A stretch of DNA of 62,211 nt, filler included, from Actinomycetota bacterium (GTDB lineage Bacteria > Actinomycetota > Actinomycetes > JAKEEW01), in assembly GCA_046725875.1 (NCBI GenBank). It is 5 parts of 5 records of this genome, joined end to end, with 100 filler letters (N's around TTAATTAATTAA, not from the genome) between each part and the next. Parts side by side here need not be neighbours in the genome. Positions count along the whole stretch, not along the records: positions 24,751 to 35,582 come from JBKOZJ010000117.1; positions 35,683 to 49,610 come from JBKOZJ010000118.1; 3 more parts are not named here. One strand, 5' to 3'. A program made the position numbers and the translations under genes. Positions 30,804-40,466 of the stretch are shown in pieces. Positions within the stretch are counted from its first letter, which is position 1. Each line of letters starts with the position of its first letter. The notes under the pieces were generated by a model. It was given only the letters and a program-made list of their open reading frames with translations. It had not been told where the DNA came from and did not search any database.

Positions 30804-31089
30804 ACCAACGCACCCGCCGAACCGGGAATTCCCCCAACGGCCCTCGTCGCCCGCCGTCCGGCGGACTTCGATCTCGTGACCCGACGACCGTTCTTGGCCG
30901 ATGCGGGTGGGAGGTGGTCCTCCACTTTGCGAGCCCGGCGAACCGGGCTAGCCGGTACCAAGAATAGCAGTCGAGCATCGCTCCAACCCAATCGTCGGGT
31001 CGAAGATCGGTTTGCTCGTAGCTCGACGAGCACCATGAGCCTACGACCCTCGCCCGCGGTCGGATTTCTGCATGGAAGAGAGTTGACGG

Positions 31090-31890
31090 TCAGCCGGTGG
31101 TGGATGGGAGTCCGCTCGGCCAGGCCCGGATGCCGCCGCCAGGTGGCGTCGGAACCACGGCGATCTGGACGCCGTGATCGACACGGGATCGCATGATCGG
31201 ATCGGCCGCCAGTACAGAGGCGATCTCCTCGGCCGATTTGCGCAGCTCGTCCCGACCGCTGCCGTCTCGGGCCACGAGGCTGATCACGAGGTCGGTATCC
31301 TGCGGCTGCCCTGGATGTATGTACACGTCGGCAAATGCGTCAGCCTTCCCTGCGGTCGCCTTCCGTACAGCGTCGACCACCTGGGGATCGGCGGCGGGCG
31401 AAACCAGAGAACGGCCGTCGGCCAGCGCCCAGAGCACCGAACCGGCAAGCTCCACGGTGATCGGGCCGGACGGATCGACCACGACGAGATCGGCGCCCTC
31501 GGCAAGAGCACCCGCGCACACCCGTTGCGCCTCGGCCGGGACGGGGCGGGCATCGGCCTTCCAGCGGGCCAGGGCCTCGACCGATGTGAAGGCCGGCAAC
31601 GCTGTCCTGCCGTCAGGCGCCTTGATAAGGATCAGGGAGATCTCGGCTTCCTTCTCCCGGTGCGAGTCGCGTGCTTTCGCACGTGTCGCGTCGGACGGCG
31701 ATGCGGGCGGCTCGTCCTGGAGCGTCGTCACCACCGGGACGATCAACCGGCAGCCGCCCAGCGCGGCGACGAGCTCTGATGTGCCGATGCCGCCGAGCTG
31801 GAACGCGGCAAGCGCGCGACCGACGCCCGGATCCGCCGAACCGTCGTCATTCGAGAACCCCTGGCTGGGAATCGCGTTGCCGTGCATCAC
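31090..31890 (-). CDS. SseB family protein
   Basis: DDGSADP, RLIVPV, DGRTALPAFTS..ALARW; typical actinomycete neighbour of infC. Confidence 0.85.
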   Translation of the reverse strand: MMHGNAIPSQGFSNDDGSADPGVGRALAAFQLGGIGTSELVAALGGCRLIVPVVTTLQDEPPASPSDATRAKARDSHREKEAEISLILIKAPDGRTALPAFTSVEALARWKADARPVPAEAQRVCAGALAEGADLVVVDPSGPITVELAGSVLWALADGRSLVSPAADPQVVDAVRKATAGKADAFADVYIHPGQPQDTDLVISLVARDGSGRDELRKSAEEIASVLAADPIMRSRVDHGVQIAVVPTPPGGGIRAWPSGLPSTTG

Positions 31891-32033
31891 CGGAACCCTA
31901 CGCGCGAGTCGGTTCGATCAGGACCGCCAACTGCTGCTGATCACCGGTTTGACTGCTAGGCTCCCGCACCTCCGCGATTTCGGCCTTCATGGCAGGGTAG
32001 ACCGAGGTCGACCCCGCAGGAGGGGTGATTGTC

Positions 32034-32174
32034 ATGACCGAACCGTTCCCGCCACCACAGCCACCGGTACCCGACCCGATCCCGCCGAATCCGGAACCAG
32101 AGCCCGCGCCGCACCCAGGCGAGCCGGAGCCAACCCCACCGCGACCGCCTGTTCCCGATCCCGACTTGATCTAG
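32034..32174 (+). CDS. Proline-rich micro-protein (46 aa, 23 Pro)
   Basis: MTEPFPPPQPPVPDPIPPNPEPEPAPHPGEPEPTPPRPPVPDPDLI; RBS AGGAGGGG; sits in otherwise intergenic gap. Confidence 0.6.
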   Translation: MTEPFPPPQPPVPDPIPPNPEPEPAPHPGEPEPTPPRPPVPDPDLI

Positions 32175-32216
32175 AAGTCCCTCGCGACCGCGCTTGGGCC
32201 GGTTGCCCGGCGCGCA

Positions 32217-33320
32217 CTAGCCGAGGTCGACGATCGCCGCCACCGGGCCGCCGCCGGACGGGCCTTGATGCACGGCGGCCACCGAGACGAAGACGGCCGG
32301 ATCGCCGGTAACCGACGCGGCGACGCCGCCCACACAGCCCTTGATCTGCCGGTGCCAATGCACATCCGAGTCGTCGAGCATGATGTTGCGGCGGCCGCGG
32401 ACCCGGCCGGTTGGGTCCGCCTCGCACTTGAGGAAGACGTTCACCAAGCGACCCCCCAAGTCCGACGGGTGCGGTCGCTCGGGCAGGTCGAGCCCGGCCA
32501 CCCGGATAGCGGCCCAAATGCCATCCGCATCGATGGCGTCGCGCATCACCGAGTGCCCGACCCGGAAGCGCCCGCCAAGGCCGCGTGCGTTGCCGACCAC
32601 CACGATCTGGGCCCGATCGAGCTCCACTCCGGACGAGCAGGACGCGACGGACGAGTAGAGCGAAAGGTCGCGGTGAATCTGTTCGGCCGACGGCATCGGG
32701 ATTTCCCCAAGGGCCACCCCGATGCCGAGCGCGGTCGTCGAATTGGACACGTCCATGGACTTGAGGGTGTCAGTTGTCCAAACGTCCTGACCGCGGCAGC
32801 GCGCGTCGGCGATGGTCTCCATCGTGAGCAACGGTGTCTTGGTCTGTACATAATGGACGTCGGCGGGGTCGTCGATCCCGGCGACCTTCATTGCATCGCG
32901 GACACCGAGGGCAACCTTCTCCACCATCGCGGGGCGGCCAATGTCCTCGGGCAGGATCGGCGCGCTCATCGCGACCCCCACCGACAGTCGTGGCTCCTCG
33001 GTCGGTTTGTACCGACCCTCGGGCGCATGCGCGAACACCGTTGCATGTGGAGAGAGCACGCCGTCCGTGCCGCCCGACCACACCAGCGGCACCTGCTTGA
33101 CCTCGGCGGCCGACCGGCTTCCCCGTTCGACCAGGACCTCGCGGAACGCGCGGTCCGCGAGGATCCGCGTGTAGTCGTTCACGCCGCCGTTGCCCTCGGT
33201 CTTCCCGACCACCGCGAGGACGTCGTCAGCCGTGAAAATACCGTCGTCGAGGCATTGGGCAAGCCCGGACGCGTCGGTGACGCTCTCGATGGCGACCTTG
33301 CGCACCTCGATCGGCATCAT
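32217..33320 (-). CDS. Ring-opening amidohydrolase, barbiturase/cyanuric acid hydrolase (AtzD, Toblerone fold) family
   Basis: [56 protein letters not shown]. Confidence 0.95.
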   Translation of the reverse strand: MMPIEVRKVAIESVTDASGLAQCLDDGIFTADDVLAVVGKTEGNGGVNDYTRILADRAFREVLVERGSRSAAEVKQVPLVWSGGTDGVLSPHATVFAHAPEGRYKPTEEPRLSVGVAMSAPILPEDIGRPAMVEKVALGVRDAMKVAGIDDPADVHYVQTKTPLLTMETIADARCRGQDVWTTDTLKSMDVSNSTTALGIGVALGEIPMPSAEQIHRDLSLYSSVASCSSGVELDRAQIVVVGNARGLGGRFRVGHSVMRDAIDADGIWAAIRVAGLDLPERPHPSDLGGRLVNVFLKCEADPTGRVRGRRNIMLDDSDVHWHRQIKGCVGGVAASVTGDPAVFVSVAAVHQGPSGGGPVAAIVDLG

Positions 33321-33353
33321 CCTCGCTCGCTCTCCTCGGCCGCCCGAGCTTTG

Positions 33354-34313
33354 CTAGTTCGCAGCAGGCCTAGCGGCCGGTTCCGCAGTCACCACCGTGC
33401 CGTAGCGGCCGGTGACCGCCTCGGCGATGTGGTCGAGCGACGTGACCACGGCGAACCGGCCGCCCGCCTCGACGAACCGCAAAGCGGCTTCCACTTTGGG
33501 TCCCATGCTTCCGCTCGCAAAGTGTTCCCCCGCGGCGAGCTCGCGCAATGCAGCCGGGTCGATCCGACCAATCGGCCGGGCATGGTCGGTGCCGAAGCCG
33601 CGCTGAACGTGGTCAACGTCGGTCGCGATCACCAGTGCGTCCGCGGCGAGTGTACGGGCAAGCAAGGCCGCGGCGAGGTCCTTGTCGATGACGGCTTCGA
33701 CGCCCTGAAGGGCGCCGCCGGCCCCTCGCACGACCGGGATACCGCCCCCTCCGGCCGCCACGACGATATAGCGGGCGCTGATGAGCGCCCGGGCGGCCGG
33801 TGCATCGAGGATCTCCAACGGCTCCGGAGACGGCACAACCCGCCGCCACCCGCGGCTTCCGCGGTCGTTCCAGTGCTGTCCGCGCTCGATCATGGGCCGC
33901 GCTTCGGTCTCCGGCAGGAACCGCCCGATGGGCTTCGTCGGTGCAGCGAAAGCCGGGTCGCTCGGATCAACCCGGGTGCGCGTGACGAGTACGGCCACGC
34001 GCCGGCGAAGATCGCGGTCGGCGAGCTGCTTCTCGAGCGCGTTGAGGATGAGAAGGCCGATCGTGCCTTGGGTCTGAGCGCCGCACCAGTCCAGTGTCAC
34101 CGGCGGGACGACATGCGCGGCCAGCTCATTCTTCACAAGAAGGTTGCCGACCTGCGGCCCATTGCCGTGGGTCAGCACCACCTCGACACCTTGCGCGACG
34201 AGATCGGCGACCCGCTTCATGGCCACCTCGACCGCTGCCTTCTGCGCGGCCTGAGTAGCGCTGCCGTCTGGGCCGGTCATCGCATTTCCACCGAGCGCGA
34301 TCAGGACCCGCAC
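33354..34313 (-). CDS. arcC: Carbamate kinase
   Basis: ALGGNA, THGNGPQVG, PTKPIG, RRVVPSPEP, GGGGIPV, AVIDKD, GSMGPKV. Confidence 0.95.
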   Translation of the reverse strand: MRVLIALGGNAMTGPDGSATQAAQKAAVEVAMKRVADLVAQGVEVVLTHGNGPQVGNLLVKNELAAHVVPPVTLDWCGAQTQGTIGLLILNALEKQLADRDLRRRVAVLVTRTRVDPSDPAFAAPTKPIGRFLPETEARPMIERGQHWNDRGSRGWRRVVPSPEPLEILDAPAARALISARYIVVAAGGGGIPVVRGAGGALQGVEAVIDKDLAAALLARTLAADALVIATDVDHVQRGFGTDHARPIGRIDPAALRELAAGEHFASGSMGPKVEAALRFVEAGGRFAVVTSLDHIAEAVTGRYGTVVTAEPAARPAAN

Positions 34314-34460
34314 GGCGCCGACTCTAAGCGGCATCACCCGAGCCGAGTATGGGCACACACTGCCCAGCCCGGCCGGTCTCTTTGGCATCGCCTGCCCAGG
34401 CACCCGCTCTAAGTGGCCGGTCGCCACGGCTGTTCGGGGGCTCCTGGCGCTAACCGGCGC

Positions 34461-35582
34461 CTACTGATCGACGGCGTCGAGCCAGGCGCGAATGGCAGGG
34501 CCGTCCTCGTCCAGGACGGGCGGCGCGTCGTGAGCGAGATCGATCTCGGCTCCGTCGGTGGCGAAGAACCGCAGCGGTGGTCCCGGCAGAGTCACCGTGC
34601 CAAGCGTGGAATGCGATACGTCGACGAGCAGGCGTTGCGCGCGGGTCTGCTCCCACTCGTACACCCGGTCGAGGGTGCGCACCTCGCCGGCCGGCACGCC
34701 GATCTCGGCCAGTCGAGGCAGCCACCACGCGAGTGGATGCTTGCCGAACGAGGCATCGAGCCGGGCGACCAGCTCCTCGCGGTGGTGCACGCGATCGGGG
34801 TTGCGGGCGAAGCGCGGGTCGTCCGGGTCGAGCCCGGCGAGCGGCGCGAACCGTCGCCACAGTGCTTCGCTGCCAACCGAGATCTGAATGATGCCGTCGG
34901 CGCAGGTGAACGAGCCGTACGGGCAGATCGACGGGTGATGGTTGCCCTGAGCCACGGGGACCTCGCCGGCCACGGTGTAGCGGGTGCCTTGGAAGGCGTG
35001 GACACCGACGATCGCCGCGAGCAGGGACGTCCGCACGACGCGGCCGTGGCCGGTACGATCCCGCTCGCGCAAGGCGGCGAGGACACCGTAGGCGCCGTAC
35101 ATGCCGGCAAGAAGGTCGCCCACCGGCACGCCCACTCGCATCGGCTGGTTCGGCGCTGGGCCGGTCAGGCTCATCAGCCCGGCCTCACCCTGCGCGATCT
35201 GGTCGTAGCCGGCTCGGCCACCCTCCGGCCCGTCGTGCCCGAAACCCGTGATGGACAGAATGACCAACCGCGGATTCAGCTCGTGCAAGCGAGCCGGCGG
35301 GAAGCCGAGACGGTCCAGCACACCGGTGCGGAAGTTCTCCACCAACACATCGGCGTGCCGGACCAGACGGGCGAGCAGGGCGGCGCCGTCGGCCGACTTC
35401 AGATCGAGCGCGATGGACTCCTTGTTCCGATTGCAGGACAGGAAATACGTCGACTCCCGAGCGTCCGGCTGTCCAACGAACGGCGGGCCCCAATGTCGCG
35501 AGTCGTCGCCATCCGGCGACTCGACTTTGATCACTCGGGCACCGAGGTCGCCGAGCATCATCGCGGCGTGCGGGCCCGCAAG
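34461..35582 (-). CDS. CaiB/BaiF (class III) CoA transferase, 3' part; 5' end is on contig 1
   Basis: NRNKESIALDLK, VENFR, SITGFG, GYDQIAQ; joined gene is 389 aa. Confidence 0.93.
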   Translation of the reverse strand, partial: LAGPHAAMMLGDLGARVIKVESPDGDDSRHWGPPFVGQPDARESTYFLSCNRNKESIALDLKSADGAALLARLVRHADVLVENFRTGVLDRLGFPPARLHELNPRLVILSITGFGHDGPEGGRAGYDQIAQGEAGLMSLTGPAPNQPMRVGVPVGDLLAGMYGAYGVLAALRERDRTGHGRVVRTSLLAAIVGVHAFQGTRYTVAGEVPVAQGNHHPSICPYGSFTCADGIIQISVGSEALWRRFAPLAGLDPDDPRFARNPDRVHHREELVARLDASFGKHPLAWWLPRLAEIGVPAGEVRTLDRVYEWEQTRAQRLLVDVSHSTLGTVTLPGPPLRFFATDGAEIDLAHDAPPVLDEDGPAIRAWLDAVDQ

Positions 35583-35682
35583 NNNNNNNNNNNNNNNNNN
35601 NNNNNNNNNNNNNNNNNNNNNNNNNNTTAATTAATTAANNNNNNNNNNNNNNNNNNNNNNNNNNNNNNNNNNNNNNNNNNNN
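35583..35682. other. Artificial contig spacer
   Basis: N44-TTAATTAATTAA-N44. Confidence 0.99.
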
Positions 35683-36463
35683 GCACGTCCCAGCGGACCT
35701 CCTGCCGCGAGCCGTCCAGGTCGACCAGGGCGAGCGAGACGACCGCGTTCGGCGTGCCCGCAGCGGGATAGGCGACCTCGGCCGGCTTGCTCGCCGGGTT
35801 CGCCGGGTCGGCGATGTGCCAGCGCTGTACGGGCGCGTCGTCGGATCGCTCGGCGAGCAGCCGCTGGCCGTCCGGAGACCACCAGAAGCCGCGGGTCCGG
35901 TCCATCTCCTCCTGCGCGACGAATTCGGCCAGCCCCCAGGTAACCGTGGCCGCGTCGGGCTCGGCCAGGGCTCGGTCACCAGATCCGTCGACTCGGATGA
36001 TCCGCAGCGTCCCGCTCGATACATAGGCGACGTACGTGCCGGTCGGATCGAGCCGTGGATCGATGACCGGAGCCACCGCGGCCAACTCGCGGGTCGGCCC
36101 GGCGAGCAGGTCCGCCACGAAGAGTCGGCCGGACAGGGCGAACGCCGCTTTCGTGACCGCCTTGTCGGTCGCGTATTGGACGATTCCCGCCGCGCCGGTC
36201 CTGGTCCGCTCCCGCCGCGCGCGCTCCTCGGCTGACAGCTCCTCGCCGGCGCCGGCGAGCAGCGCCTGAGGGTCGGCGACCAGCCGCTCACTCGTCTTCT
36301 CGCCGGCCACGTCGAGGATCCACAGGCACGTGCCGCGGTCCTCACCGTGCCGCGACCTGAGGAAGGCCACGCGCGTGCCGTCCGCGGCGATCGTGTAGGA
36401 CCTGGGAGCGCCGAGGGTGAAGTTCTGAGTGCGCGCGGACAGCCGGGGGAAGGAGTCGGTCAT
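35683..36463 (-). CDS. S9 family (DPP IV-like) peptidase, N-terminal part, truncated by contig edge
   Basis: SFPRLSARTQNFTLGAPR, GLAEFVAQEEM, FWWSPDG, YPAAGTPNA; divergent from mshB. Confidence 0.88.
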
Positions 36464-36529
36464 ACCCGCCATCCTGTCAGGCCCCTGACGCGCGGCCGCC
36501 GCGCGGAGTAGGGAACTACTGTCGTCGTC

Positions 36530-37423
36530 GTGGGTGAACCGAACCGGCGGCTGCTCCTCGTACACGCGCACCCGGACGACGAGACGATCAACAACGGCGC
36601 GACGATGGCGAAATATGTGGCCGATGGCGCGCGCGTAACGCTCCTCACCTGCACTTTGGGGGAGGAGGGCGAGGTGCTCGTGCCAGAGCTGGAGTATCTG
36701 GCGGCCGATAAGGAGGACCGCCTCGGCGAGCACCGGATTGGAGAGCTTGCCGCCGCGATGGCCGCGCTGGGCGTAACCGACCATCGGTTTCTCGGTGGTC
36801 CAGGGCGTTATCGCGACTCGGGCATGATGGGCACTCCCGCGAATGACCGACCCGGTTGCTTCTGGCAGACGCCGGTCGACGAGGCGGCGGCCTTTGCGGT
36901 CGAGGTGATCCGCGAAGTACAGCCGCAAGTTCTGGTGACTGACGACGAGCACGGCGGCTACGGCCATCCAGACCACATCCAAGCCCATCGGGTCGCGATG
37001 CGGGCAGCGGAGCTGGCGGCCGACCCGGGTTTTCGGGCCGACCTCGGTGAGCCGTGGTGGATCGCCAAGATCTACTGGAACGCGATGCCCAAGTCCCGAA
37101 TCCGGGCGGCGATCCGAGCCCTCCGCGATGCGGGGGACTCGTCCAACTTCAGCAGCCTCGACCCGGACGGCGACATCCCGTTTGCGGTCCCGGATGAGCT
37201 TGTGACCACCGAGATCGACGGCAGCGAGTACGCCGATGCGAAGCTGGCGGCACTCCGCGCGCACGCCACACAGATCGCCGTGGAGGGGCCGTTCTTCGCG
37301 CTCTCCAACAACCTTGGGAGCCAGGTGCTTGCGCAGGAGCATTACCGGCTGGTGCGGAGTGAGATCGGACCGACCGGTGACGGCGGCTGGGAGACCGATC
37401 TCTTCGCCGGCTTGGACCTATAA
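36530..37423 (+). CDS. mshB: GlcNAc-Ins deacetylase (mycothiol biosynthesis)
   Basis: [40 protein letters not shown]. Confidence 0.93.
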   Translation: MGEPNRRLLLVHAHPDDETINNGATMAKYVADGARVTLLTCTLGEEGEVLVPELEYLAADKEDRLGEHRIGELAAAMAALGVTDHRFLGGPGRYRDSGMMGTPANDRPGCFWQTPVDEAAAFAVEVIREVQPQVLVTDDEHGGYGHPDHIQAHRVAMRAAELAADPGFRADLGEPWWIAKIYWNAMPKSRIRAAIRALRDAGDSSNFSSLDPDGDIPFAVPDELVTTEIDGSEYADAKLAALRAHATQIAVEGPFFALSNNLGSQVLAQEHYRLVRSEIGPTGDGGWETDLFAGLDL

Positions 37424-37480
37424 CGCCCGCGTCATTTACCAGGCAGTACCGGACGGGCGAGCCTGCGGCGGGCCGATAGG

Positions 37481-37870
37481 GTGACCGCCGTGCGCAGCCG
37501 GGTCGGATCGATCGCGGTATACATCGGCCTCGCGCTGGGCGGGCTTGCCTCCGGCCTCGTCGGAGCCTTCGTACAAGCCCTGAGCCTGCGGGTCGGCTCG
37601 CTGCCGGTGCGCTATGGCGTCGCGGTCGCCGGGGGCGGGGCCATCGGTCTCTTCGTACTTGGACGTTTGATTACGTCCGCCCGCGCGGGCGCGATCGTAC
37701 CCGCTGCGGGCTGGCTGTTGGCGATCCTGCCGTTCACAGTGTCGCGCCCAGAGGGCGACACGATCCTTGCCGGGAACGGCCCCGGCGTCTACATCTTCCT
37801 CGTCCTGCCAATGCTCGGGGCGGCGACGCTCGCTACCCTCCCCACCGAGCCACCTCGGCGAAGCCGCTAG
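37481..37870 (+). CDS. Small membrane protein (DUF6113-like)
   Basis: About four hydrophobic helices, RPEGD motif; usual position after mshB. Confidence 0.75.
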   Translation: MTAVRSRVGSIAVYIGLALGGLASGLVGAFVQALSLRVGSLPVRYGVAVAGGGAIGLFVLGRLITSARAGAIVPAAGWLLAILPFTVSRPEGDTILAGNGPGVYIFLVLPMLGAATLATLPTEPPRRSR

Positions 37871-37942
37871 TGGGCAGGCGTCCTTGCGATGCCGGTTCGG
37901 ACGGCGAGGCAGGGTTCTGGCCGCGAGGTAAGGTGAGCCTAA

Positions 37943-38515
37943 GTGACTGACGATCCTCGCAACTCGGTGCAATCGGACGCTGTGACCCTTGGCTCGGCCG
38001 GGTCGGCGGCGAGCCGCCGCGTTGACTTGGACTCGTTCCGGGATGCTCTTGGGCGGTTCGCCACCGGCATCACGGTGGTCACCACCCGCACCCCGGACGG
38101 CATCGACCACGCGATGACCGCGAACGCGTTCACGTCCGTCTCCATCGATCCGTTCCTGGTCCTCGTGTGCGTGGAGAAGATCGCACGTTTCCACGATGCG
38201 GTGGCGGAGACGCGCGGGTGGGGGGTCTCGGTCCTGGGCGAGCGAGCCTTGGAGGCGTCCAACTGGTTCGCGACCCGCGGCCGTCCACTCGCCAACCAGC
38301 TCGCCGGCTTCCCCTACACGAGGGGACCGATGACCGGCGCTGCCCTCTTCTCGGATGCGCTAGCCACGGTCGAATGCCGGACGACTGGAACCTACGACGG
38401 CGGGGACCACGACATCGTCGTCGGCGAGGTGCTCGGCCTGGCGGTCCCGCGCCCCGATGACCGTCCCCTGCTTTATTTCCAGGGGAAGTATCACATTCTG
38501 GGCGACGCAACCTAA
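37943..38515 (+). CDS. Flavin reductase family protein
   Basis: FRDALGRFATGITVVT, TANAFTSVS, GGDH, PLLYF. Confidence 0.92.
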   Translation: MTDDPRNSVQSDAVTLGSAGSAASRRVDLDSFRDALGRFATGITVVTTRTPDGIDHAMTANAFTSVSIDPFLVLVCVEKIARFHDAVAETRGWGVSVLGERALEASNWFATRGRPLANQLAGFPYTRGPMTGAALFSDALATVECRTTGTYDGGDHDIVVGEVLGLAVPRPDDRPLLYFQGKYHILGDAT

Positions 38516-38700
38516 CACCCGGTCGCCACGTCCCATTACTATGTCGGATCGGCGCAGGTCCCTGTGGGCACTGCGCCGATTTGGACGTTCCAACCAGATC
38601 ATCGAGCGCACCGGGCGGCAGGGCGGCATACGTTCGGAGCACGCCGGTACGTCGATCATGTGGCTGGACTGCGATTTCCGTACGTCTTAGTGAGCTGACA

Positions 38701-40455
38701 ATGGCCCAGGCCGACACGTCGATCATCCCCGCGCTCGGGGACGAGCCGCAGGAGCCGCCCGCCGGCGCGCCCCCACCCACCCGCCGCCGGTGGCTGGTGT
38801 GGTGGATCCCGCTCGTCGCCGGCATGGGGATCCTCCTGCTCACCTACATCATCGCCGCCATCGCGGCCGGCTCAGGCGTGCCGCGCGGGACGACGGTCCT
38901 CGGGGTCAACATCGGCGGCATGTCCAAGGCGGACGCCACCGAGACGCTACGCAGCGAGCTCCCCGCCCGGCTGCCCGGGCAGATTCAGGTGACCACGGCG
39001 GACGAAAAGGTAGACGTCGACACTGCCGAGGCCGGGCTCGCCGTGGACTCCGCGGCGACTGTGGACGCAGCCGGTGCCGCCAGCCTCAATCCCGTCACGT
39101 TGATCAGGAGCCTAATGACGGACAGCTCCGTCGAGCCGGTGGTCACGACGAGCGGCGACGGCATGGAGAAGACGATCGACAAGATCGCCAAGGTGGTCGG
39201 GCAGCGACCAGCCGAGGGGGCCATCGACTTCAGCGACGGCGACGCCAAGCCGGTCCAGCCCAAGGCTGGCTGGACGCTAGACGAGGCGGGGATGCGCGAA
39301 GTCCTTACCTCCACGTATGCCGGAGCTCTCGGAGTGGCGGAGGCGCCGGTCACCGTTACCCAACCGTCAATCGGCGCCCTCGAGGTCCAACGGGCGATGA
39401 ACGAGTTCGGCGAGCCCGCCGTGTCGTCCTCGGTGACACTCAAGGTGGGTGGCTCCTCGCTCGACGTGCCGGTGCGGACGTTCGCCAAGTACCTGTCGAC
39501 CAAACCCGTCGACGGCAAGCTTCGGCTCGTAGTGAACGGCGCGGGTCTGCGGAAGGCGCTGGACTCCCGGCTTGAGCCCTACGAGGACGAGGCAAAGGAC
39601 GCGTCATTCCGGGTCGTCGGCGGCCGGCCGCAGTTGGTGCCGGCGGTCGAGGGCACGGAGATCGCACCGAACGACCTCGCAGCCGCGATGGTCAGGGTCC
39701 TACCGAAGACCGACGGCCGGATCGCCGAGGTCAAGCTGGTCCGGGCCAAGCCTGAGCTCACCACCGCGGAGGCCGAGGCACTCGGCGTCACCGAGCGGAT
39801 CTCGTCCTGGACAACGAACTTCCCATACGCGGCCTACCGCGCACACAACATCGGCCAGGCCGCCGAGTACCTCAACGGGACGCTGGTGCTGCCGAACGAG
39901 GAGTTCAGCTTCAACCAGGCCGTCGGCGAGCGGACTGAGGCGCGCGGCTTCGTCAAGGGCATCATCATCGGCGGCAGCGGCAGCTTCGATGCCGACGTCG
40001 GCGGCGGCGTCTCCGCGGTGGCCACGACGACCTTCAACGCCATCTTCTATGCAGGGCTCAAGGACGTGGAGCACCATCCGCACAGCTTCTGGATCTCGCG
40101 CTATCCGAAGGGGACCGAGGCCACCGTCTTCTGGGGGTCAAAGGACCTACGCTTTTTCAACGACTCAGGGCACGGCGTCTTCATCACCGCCTCGGCAACG
40201 AACACGTCGGTGACCGTCACGTTCTGGGGGACGAAGAAGTACGACATCAGCCGTATCGAGGGTCCCGAGCGCAACGTCAAGCCGTACGACACGATCGAGC
40301 GGGATCGCTGCGTGCCGCAGGAGGGCATGCGGGGCTTCGACATCACGACATGGCGGGTCTTCAACCAGAATGGGCAAGAGATCGGGCGCGAGTCGTTCAA
40401 CACGCACTACGTTCCGGCTGACGAGATCATCTGCAAGGAAGAGATCCACCCCTAA
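38701..40455 (+). CDS. VanW family protein with peptidoglycan-binding (PG_binding_4-like) region
   Basis: N-terminal TM; C-terminal FSFNQAVG, GGGVSAVATT, HPHSFWISRYP, DLRFFND. Confidence 0.88.
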   Translation: MAQADTSIIPALGDEPQEPPAGAPPPTRRRWLVWWIPLVAGMGILLLTYIIAAIAAGSGVPRGTTVLGVNIGGMSKADATETLRSELPARLPGQIQVTTADEKVDVDTAEAGLAVDSAATVDAAGAASLNPVTLIRSLMTDSSVEPVVTTSGDGMEKTIDKIAKVVGQRPAEGAIDFSDGDAKPVQPKAGWTLDEAGMREVLTSTYAGALGVAEAPVTVTQPSIGALEVQRAMNEFGEPAVSSSVTLKVGGSSLDVPVRTFAKYLSTKPVDGKLRLVVNGAGLRKALDSRLEPYEDEAKDASFRVVGGRPQLVPAVEGTEIAPNDLAAAMVRVLPKTDGRIAEVKLVRAKPELTTAEAEALGVTERISSWTTNFPYAAYRAHNIGQAAEYLNGTLVLPNEEFSFNQAVGERTEARGFVKGIIIGGSGSFDADVGGGVSAVATTTFNAIFYAGLKDVEHHPHSFWISRYPKGTEATVFWGSKDLRFFNDSGHGVFITASATNTSVTVTFWGTKKYDISRIEGPERNVKPYDTIERDRCVPQEGMRGFDITTWRVFNQNGQEIGRESFNTHYVPADEIICKEEIHP

Positions 40456-40466
40456 TTGCTCCGGCT

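Noticed and set aside
24462..35582. Apparent inverted duplication of a CoA-transferase flanking contig 2
   Set aside because: Identity is exactly 141 nt at two contig ends, best explained as an assembly overlap
35627..37342. 571-aa ORF as a long peptidase or fusion
   Set aside because: The N-terminal part is the antisense of mshB; the peptidase starts at ATG 36463
38701..40455. Vancomycin resistance locus
   Set aside because: VanW-domain proteins are common in actinomycetes; no vanHAX or vanRS here
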